Shown here: positions 57,698 to 64,000 of the stretch, one piece after another | Position numbering within the stretch: the stretch's first letter is position 1 | Layout of the letters: each line of letters starts with the position of its first letter | Assembly (NCBI GenBank): GCA_965223325.1 | Contig: CBDCWI010000002.1 | Location: forward strand, 2,912,001 to 2,976,000 | Direction: 5' to 3' | From: Candidatus Multivoradales bacterium | Lineage (GTDB): Bacteria > Acidobacteriota > Thermoanaerobaculia > Multivoradales > Multivoraceae | Length of the DNA: 64,000 nt | The notes under the pieces: model-generated | What the model was told of the DNA's origin: nothing | The model's database searches: none | The model's input: only the letters and a program-made list of their open reading frames with translations | Program-made: the position numbers and the translations under genes

Positions 57698-59779
57698 ATG
57701 TGCGGCGTGTTCGGCCTCGTCCTGCACGAGGCCACGCGCAATCCCGAAGTGGCCTCGCAACTGATGCGCTCGCTCTTCGTGGTTTCGGAGTCGCGAGGCA
57801 AAGAGGCCTCCGGACTGGCGACGCTCTCCGACCACACCATTCACATAGCGCGCGAGGCTCGACCGGCTTCCTGGCTGGTCAACGCGCCTTTGTATCGCGA
57901 AATGGTCGCTCAGGTGTTGAACGGCGACGCTAAGAGCAGCACCAGAACGAACGGCGATGGAACCCTTCGACTCCTCATGGGCCACACCCGCCTGGTGACC
58001 AACGGTTCGGCGGCACGAGACGCGAACAACCAGCCGGTGTTTTCAGGCCGGACTGTCGGAGTTCACAACGGGATCATCGTCAACGCCGACGAGCTCGCGC
58101 ACCGGCACCAACTCAAAAGGGGAGGAGAACTGGACAGCGAGGTTCTCTTCGGACTTTTGGATCGCGAACTCGAAGCTGGGGCTTCGATCGAAGAGGCAAG
58201 CCGCAGGACCTTTGCGTCGATCGACGGCGCGGCAACGATCGCGGCCGTCTTCTCGCACCTCGATTGCCTGCTTCTGGCGACGAACAACGGTTCCCTCTAC
58301 GCAGCCGACGCCAACGAGACCTCGCCGGTGCGGCTCGTGTTTGCCTCCGAAAGGCAGCTCCTGTCGCACGCACTGGAGCGATGCGGTCAGCGAGACCTCG
58401 AGCAAAGGATTCGTCACGTGAGAGCGGGCCGAGCGCTCGTCGTCGATCGACTGGAACTGCGTGAGTTCGATCTCGCACCTTCGCTCGGTCCAACTTCCGA
58501 CCCCCAACTCGAGACAGTAGGCCTGGCGCCGCCGCGGGAGGTTGTCAACGCAACCGCCACGCCCACTGCTCCAATGGTGGCGCTACCGGAGCCAAAAAGG
58601 CTTTCCGATGCCGAAATCGAGCGCCTGGCTGAGACTCTGGCGGCCCGACGAGGAACGCCCAAGCTCACACGATGTACCTGTTGCATCCTTCCGCACACGA
58701 TGCCGTTCATCGAGTTCGATGAGGACGGCTTGTGCAACTTCTGTCGCCAGTACATTCCGATTGAGGTGAAGGGGCGTAGCGCTCTCGAGGAGGCCATCGC
58801 CGCACAATGCGATGGCCCAACTCCACTGCAAGGGCACACGGCCGGTCGCCCTCGGTGCCTGGTGGGAGCGAGCGGAGGTCGCGACAGTTCCTATGCGCTT
58901 CACTACGCGAAGCAGGAACTCGGGCTCGACGTCGTTGCATACACCTACGACTGGGGAATGGTGACCGATCTCGCGAGACGCAACGTCTCCCGCCTCTGCG
59001 GTCGTCTCGGAATCGAACACATCCTCGTCTCAGCAGACATCGCCGCCAAGCGACAGAACATCAAGCGCAATCTCGAAGCCTGGCTGCATCGGCCACGCCT
59101 CGGCCTCATCCCCCTCTTCATGGCGGGCGACAAGCAGTACTTCTTCCACGCCCAGCGTCTCAAGAAGCAGGTCGGTACAGAGCTCGTGATTCTGGGCGAG
59201 AACATGCTCGAACGAACGAATTTCAAGACTGGCTTCGCCGGTGTCCCACCAGCCCTGGGAGACCGTGACCACGTCTACACCCTGCCTGGGTTCTCCAAAG
59301 CTCGCCTCGCCACCTGGTATGGCGCGGAGTATGTCAAGAACCCGCGGCTAATCAACCGATCGCTGCTCGACACCGCCTTCGCCTTCGGCTGCTATTACCT
59401 GATCGATCGCTCATACCTGAACCTCTTTGGCTACGTGCCCTGGAACGAAGAGACGGTCATCTCGACGATTCGTGATGAGTACGACTGGGAAGGCGCCGAC
59501 GACACGACCTCGACCTGGCGCATCGGCGACGGAACCTCGGCGTTCTACAACATGGTCTATTGGACTCTCGCCGGGTTCACCGAACACGACACATTTCGCA
59601 GCAACCAGATTCGTGAGGGGCAGCTCGACCGAACCGCAGCTCTGGCCCTGGTCGCCGAAGAGAACCTCCCCCGACTGCGCACCATCGAGGACTACCTCCA
59701 TACGGTGGGTACCGGGGTACCGCTTGGCGAGGTGACCGAAATCGTCGCACAGCTACCGCGACGCTATGAAGCGGCCTAG
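57698..59779 (+). CDS. Class II glutamine amidotransferase fused to a PP-loop N-acetyl-sugar amidotransferase-like domain
   Basis: MCGVFG, GHTRLVTNG, NNQP, HNGII, DSEV; RCTCC...CNFC, SGGRDSSY. Confidence 0.85.
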   Translation: MCGVFGLVLHEATRNPEVASQLMRSLFVVSESRGKEASGLATLSDHTIHIAREARPASWLVNAPLYREMVAQVLNGDAKSSTRTNGDGTLRLLMGHTRLVTNGSAARDANNQPVFSGRTVGVHNGIIVNADELAHRHQLKRGGELDSEVLFGLLDRELEAGASIEEASRRTFASIDGAATIAAVFSHLDCLLLATNNGSLYAADANETSPVRLVFASERQLLSHALERCGQRDLEQRIRHVRAGRALVVDRLELREFDLAPSLGPTSDPQLETVGLAPPREVVNATATPTAPMVALPEPKRLSDAEIERLAETLAARRGTPKLTRCTCCILPHTMPFIEFDEDGLCNFCRQYIPIEVKGRSALEEAIAAQCDGPTPLQGHTAGRPRCLVGASGGRDSSYALHYAKQELGLDVVAYTYDWGMVTDLARRNVSRLCGRLGIEHILVSADIAAKRQNIKRNLEAWLHRPRLGLIPLFMAGDKQYFFHAQRLKKQVGTELVILGENMLERTNFKTGFAGVPPALGDRDHVYTLPGFSKARLATWYGAEYVKNPRLINRSLLDTAFAFGCYYLIDRSYLNLFGYVPWNEETVISTIRDEYDWEGADDTTSTWRIGDGTSAFYNMVYWTLAGFTEHDTFRSNQIREGQLDRTAALALVAEENLPRLRTIEDYLHTVGTGVPLGEVTEIVAQLPRRYEAA

Positions 59780-59782
59780 AGC

Positions 59783-61036
59783 ATGGTTGACCGACGTCGC
59801 TTCAGGCGAGACCTGATCTGGAACCTCGGCAGCACCGTGATCTTCGGCGCCGTCGGGATCATCCTCCACCTCCTGGTAGGCCGCTATTACGGCGCTGCCA
59901 CTCTGGGCACCTTCAGCCAGGTGGTTGCTGTCTACCTCGTCCTTTCTCAGATCTGCGTTGCCGGACTGGTCTTCTCGACCATGCACCACAGCAATGCCCT
60001 TCGAGAGGGCGACCCAGAGCTCGGTCGCTCGATCGGCTCCGGCCTTCTCCTGACGGTTGGGCAGACCCTTATTGTCTGTCTACTGGCATGGATCTTCATC
60101 CCAAGCATTGGGCGCTTCTTCGACAGCCCCGACACCGCGCGTGGTCTGGTCGTCGTGCTTCCGGGCCTCGTGTGCCTGACCCTCAACAAGTACGCGTTCT
60201 TCACCATCTCGGGACTAGGCCACCTGCGCGCCCACGCCATCGCCCAGAGTGCGCGCTGGCTACTCTTGCTCGCCGCCCTTATCGCGCTGGTGGCAATACG
60301 AGTCGACGGAGCCCTGCTGCCACTGATCTTCTCGATCGAAGAGGCCCTGCTGCTCATTCCCCTCCTCGCCTACCTGTACCGGATCGCACCGTTCCGCCTC
60401 ACGCGCGACTGGATCAGCCGCCACCTGCGCTTCTCGTTGCGAACCTCGTTGAGCGCGGTATTGGTCGACGCCAACAGTCGCGTCGACGTCATTGTGCTTG
60501 GCTACTTTGCCTCCGACACGATCGTTGGCATCTACGGGTTCGCGGCGATGTTGGCGGAGGGAGTCATTCACGTCGCTACCGTGGTGCAGACCAACATCAC
60601 TCCGATCCTCGGTCGACTCCGGACCGAAGGGCGCCGCGAAGACATTCGTGACCTGGTCGCCGGCAACATCAAGCGACTCTGTCCAACAGCCGCCGGTCTC
60701 GCCGTCCTGGGGACAATGGTCTTCGGGTGGTTCGCCGAGACCCTCACTGGAACCGGAGTCTTCAGCGAAGGCACGATCTACTTTGCAGTCCTCGCAACCG
60801 GCATGGTCCTGGCGAGCTCCTACTATCCCTTCCACTACGTCCTCAACCAGTGGGGCTATCCCACCTGGTTCATGGTCTTCAACGGCCTCATCGTTGCAAC
60901 CAACGTCGTTCTCAACTTCATCCTGATTCCGCGCCTCGGAGCCCTGGGAGCGGCCTTCGCCACTGCACTCTCGTGGACGCTCTCGATCGCCTACCTCAAG
61001 ACTCTGACGCGCGCCGCCTCGGGCGTCGCGATCTGA
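59783..61036 (+). CDS. Polysaccharide flippase (Wzx/MOP family)
   Basis: About 12 TM helices; VDVIVLG, VGIYGFA, LNFILIPRLGALGAAFAT. Confidence 0.88.
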   Translation: MVDRRRFRRDLIWNLGSTVIFGAVGIILHLLVGRYYGAATLGTFSQVVAVYLVLSQICVAGLVFSTMHHSNALREGDPELGRSIGSGLLLTVGQTLIVCLLAWIFIPSIGRFFDSPDTARGLVVVLPGLVCLTLNKYAFFTISGLGHLRAHAIAQSARWLLLLAALIALVAIRVDGALLPLIFSIEEALLLIPLLAYLYRIAPFRLTRDWISRHLRFSLRTSLSAVLVDANSRVDVIVLGYFASDTIVGIYGFAAMLAEGVIHVATVVQTNITPILGRLRTEGRREDIRDLVAGNIKRLCPTAAGLAVLGTMVFGWFAETLTGTGVFSEGTIYFAVLATGMVLASSYYPFHYVLNQWGYPTWFMVFNGLIVATNVVLNFILIPRLGALGAAFATALSWTLSIAYLKTLTRAASGVAI

Positions 61037-61046
61037 GGTCCGGACG

Positions 61047-62972
61047 ATGTGCGGTATTGCCGGCTACGCCACGCTCGGAAGCGATCGGGCCATCGATCCG
61101 AGGTGGATTCGCCCGATGATCGAAACCCTCCGTCATCGAGGTCCCGACCATGAGGGTGCCGCCGTCTTCGAACAGGTCGCCATGGCGAACTCTCGCCTAG
61201 CGATTCAAGACATCGCCGGCGGCAACCAGCCAATGGCGAACGCTGACGAGAGCACCGTCGTTGTCTACAACGGTGAGCTCTACAACACACCAGAGCTACG
61301 CGCAGAGCTCGAGCGCGAGGGCGTAGTGTTCCAAACGCATTGCGACACGGAGGTCCTGATACACCTCTACGATCGCGACGGTGTCGATTTTCTCGAGCAG
61401 CTCAACGGCATGTTCGCGGTCTGCGTCTACGATCGCACACGACAACGCGTGCTCCTGGCGCGTGATCGATTTGGTGTGAAGCCCCTCGTGTGGTCGTACC
61501 ACGACGGTCAACTGGCGTTTGCGAGCGAGATCAAGGCTCTTCGATGCCTTCCCAGCTTCGACTCCTCGCTGTCACCCGAAGGGCTCTCGACCTTTCTTGG
61601 CCTCTTCTACATTCCGGACCCCTGGACGATCTACGCAAACGTCCAGAAACTGCGCCCGGGTCACTTTCTTCTTCTCGACGCCAGCGGCCTTTCGGACCAG
61701 CCGTACTTTCAACTCGATTTCGGAAACGGCGAAGACCCGGGGGCAGAGGAGGCGGCGACAGCAACAGCTCGGCTGCTCGAGCAGTCGGTGCGCCGACAGT
61801 TGCTCTCCGACGTTCCGGTAGGAGTCCTTCTGAGCGGCGGGCTCGACTCGCGTTCCATGTTGGCTTGGGCCTCGGCCAACCAACCCGCGACGCGGGCGTT
61901 CACGATCGGTTTCGAAGAGGCCACCTTCGATGAGGGCAACGAGGCCCGCTACTGGGCACGCGCCTTCGAAAGCAAGCACGAGACCCTGTTGTTCGACGAA
62001 GAGCGTTTCTGCGGAGATCTGCTCGAACGCCAACGCCACCTCGACGAGCCTTACGCCCTCTGGTGCAACGTGGCGACCGGGGCCCTGGCGCAGACGATTC
62101 GGGAGGCCGGCTACAAGGTTGTCTTGAGCGGCGAAGGTGGTGACGAGTTGTTTCTGGGCTACCCCACGATCCATGCGGCCAACGTCGCGCGGGCCTATCG
62201 TCACGTCCCTCGACTCATTCGCGAACCGGTGCGCACCCTTGTCCGGGCGCTCCCGGCGGGCGATGGGAGGTTGCCCTTCACCTTCAAGCTCAAGAGCTTC
62301 CTGAGCGCCATCGACCCCAGCCTCGTGCGCACCTTCTTTGGCTTCAAAGAAGTGGTGCGCCACTGCGAGTGGGGACGGCTCCTAACCCCCGAGGCCATGG
62401 CGATGGTGGGCTCGATCGATCCGGCCGTTGCCTTCGAGCAGCACCGTGAACAGATCGCGGACCTGCATTGGGTCGACGCGCTTTCCTACCTGGATTTCAA
62501 GGTCTTTCTGCCCGGCTGCAGCTTCGTGGGCAACGACAACGCGTACATGAGCGAGTCGGTCGAAACGCGCGTCCCGATGATGGACAACGATCTCGTCGAC
62601 TTCGTCGGATCTTTGCCGGCGTCACGTCGCTTTCACCCAACGCGTCTGAAACCCATCCTCCGGCGGGCGCTACTGGAGCACGCACCGGCACCGCCAGGGG
62701 CGACAGCGGAGCGTGCCCGTCAGTACAGGAAGAACGGCTTCGAGATCCCAGCACAGACATGGCTCGCGGATCGGTCGACAAGGGATGCTTCCTTTCGCGA
62801 AATGCTCGGTCGTCTGCTCTCGCGAGACCGAGTTGCTAAGGCGGGCTTCTTCCAACCAGACACCGTTAGAGCGCTGTTCTCCGACCAGTTGAGTGGTCGC
62901 CAGAACAACGAGCGCGTTCTCCAGGCCATCATGAGCTTGAACGTCTTTCTGGAAGGGAGCTACGAGCCATGA
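61047..62972 (+). CDS. asnB: AsnB-like glutamine-dependent amidotransferase
   Basis: MCGIAG, HRGPD, NGELYN, RDRFGVKP, LSGGLDS, SGEGGDELF. Confidence 0.92.
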   Translation: MCGIAGYATLGSDRAIDPRWIRPMIETLRHRGPDHEGAAVFEQVAMANSRLAIQDIAGGNQPMANADESTVVVYNGELYNTPELRAELEREGVVFQTHCDTEVLIHLYDRDGVDFLEQLNGMFAVCVYDRTRQRVLLARDRFGVKPLVWSYHDGQLAFASEIKALRCLPSFDSSLSPEGLSTFLGLFYIPDPWTIYANVQKLRPGHFLLLDASGLSDQPYFQLDFGNGEDPGAEEAATATARLLEQSVRRQLLSDVPVGVLLSGGLDSRSMLAWASANQPATRAFTIGFEEATFDEGNEARYWARAFESKHETLLFDEERFCGDLLERQRHLDEPYALWCNVATGALAQTIREAGYKVVLSGEGGDELFLGYPTIHAANVARAYRHVPRLIREPVRTLVRALPAGDGRLPFTFKLKSFLSAIDPSLVRTFFGFKEVVRHCEWGRLLTPEAMAMVGSIDPAVAFEQHREQIADLHWVDALSYLDFKVFLPGCSFVGNDNAYMSESVETRVPMMDNDLVDFVGSLPASRRFHPTRLKPILRRALLEHAPAPPGATAERARQYRKNGFEIPAQTWLADRSTRDASFREMLGRLLSRDRVAKAGFFQPDTVRALFSDQLSGRQNNERVLQAIMSLNVFLEGSYEP

Positions 62973-64000
62973 GAAACCCGAATCGGGGAGGGCCGGGTGG
63001 CCGGCCGCGACTGGCCGTCGACCTTCTCATCGTGTTCCTTTTTCTCGCTTTCGCGGCCCTCTTCCACCTGGGCCGCATGAGCCAACCTTGGTTGACAGAA
63101 CCTGGCGAGAGTGACGCGCAGGACATCGCGGCAATGATTGCCGGCCGAACGAATCCCGAGCTCTTCGTCGGCGACATGCTGCTCGGTGACAAACAGAACT
63201 TCCACTACTACCTCACGGTTCACTTTCCGCTGGTCCAGGCAACCTTGGGCGCAGCCGGCGACTACGGCCGCGCCTACCTCTGGTGGATGGGACCGCACGT
63301 CTTTCTCCTGCTGGTTGGTGCCTACCAGCTCGGTCTGTCTCTGGGAATGACCCGGGTACCGGCGGCGGCCATGGCCGCGGCGCTCTATCCAACCGCCGCG
63401 GTTGGCTGGAGCACCTATTGGGGAATCTGGAGCGACCCGCTCCCGCGAATGACCTTCTCTGTCGTGCTCTGCTTCCTGTTGACGGTAGCTGTTCGATGGC
63501 GAGATCGCCCCGGCCGTTGGCCGCTGATCTTCCTTGCCGCCGGCCTGCTTTCCTGGGTTCACTCCGTATCCACGCCACCGGTTGGACTGGGCCTGATCTT
63601 CGGATACCTACTACTGCAGAAACCAGAACGGTGGAACTGGCCGCGTTTCCTTCTCCATCTCGTCTTGTGCGGCCTCACATTTCTCGTTGCCCTCTGCCCC
63701 TTCGCGTGGCTCTATCTGAGCGAGCATGACCACGGCTTGGTTGCCGACGCCGCACTGGTCACCGAAGGGATGAGATTTCGCTTCAGCAGTGGCTTCACGG
63801 ACTACGTTCCGGGAATCAGAAAATTCGTTTCGATCTACTTCTATCGGCACCCGATCGGTCTCATCGCCATCCTCGCTGCGATATCGGTCTGGATCGCCGG
63901 AGGGCGAGAAGAGCGCCGAATGCTTGCAATGGTCGTCGGCTGGTTGGTTGGCATCGTCCTCGGTGGGCCGTTGCTCTTCATCATCGACCAGGAGCTGGCG
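62969..64000 (+). CDS. Polytopic membrane protein (partial), possible GT-C/polymerase-like
   Basis: ATG 62969 overlaps the asnB stop; MRNPNRGG...LAVDLLIVFLFLAF..., many hydrophobic segments, appears open to the window end. Confidence 0.7.
   Translation, partial: MRNPNRGGPGGRPRLAVDLLIVFLFLAFAALFHLGRMSQPWLTEPGESDAQDIAAMIAGRTNPELFVGDMLLGDKQNFHYYLTVHFPLVQATLGAAGDYGRAYLWWMGPHVFLLLVGAYQLGLSLGMTRVPAAAMAAALYPTAAVGWSTYWGIWSDPLPRMTFSVVLCFLLTVAVRWRDRPGRWPLIFLAAGLLSWVHSVSTPPVGLGLIFGYLLLQKPERWNWPRFLLHLVLCGLTFLVALCPFAWLYLSEHDHGLVADAALVTEGMRFRFSSGFTDYVPGIRKFVSIYFYRHPIGLIAILAAISVWIAGGREERRMLAMVVGWLVGIVLGGPLLFIIDQELA

Noticed and set aside
1-64000. tRNA, rRNA, CRISPR array, transposase, prophage or defence genes
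   Set aside because: None recognised by eye; a covariance-model scan would be needed to exclude small ncRNAs.

Overview
GC-rich bacterial chromosome segment, mostly core genes. Gene content and style suggest Acidobacteriota or a Myxococcota-like lineage (inference only). From left to right: partial Ycf46-like AAA ATPase, ndk-sucDC, AlkP-family membrane hydrolase, M1 peptidase, membrane PP2C phosphatase, icd, divergent radical SAM and SRAP genes, a PQQ-propeller/carboxylesterase/AtoE cluster, a Crp/Fnr regulator with a His-rich target gene, site-2 protease, aminotransferase, dsbD and rarA. Then come a large TPR protein appended to the ffh-rpsP-khpA-rimM-trmD-rplS-rnhB operon, MMPL-pgsA-slt-alaS-recX-pilT, hrcA-grpE-dnaK-dnaJ-prmA-rsmE, a divergent MglA-family GTPase with a long C-terminal extension, and the start of a surface-glycan locus. 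The most interesting signals are: (i) a dispersed Myxococcus-like polarity/type IV pilus module (extended orphan MglA, SgmX-like TPR protein, PilT); (ii) a 166-bp MITE-like element with perfect terminal inverted repeats at the dnaJ stop codon; (iii) a class II Crp/Fnr promoter driving a His/Met-rich secreted protein; (iv) a probable CTG start for rimM; (v) several leaderless-type promoters; (vi) a class II GATase fused to a PP-loop sugar amidotransferase. No rRNA, tRNA, CRISPR array or transposase was seen. All family calls come from motif recognition, not database searches.
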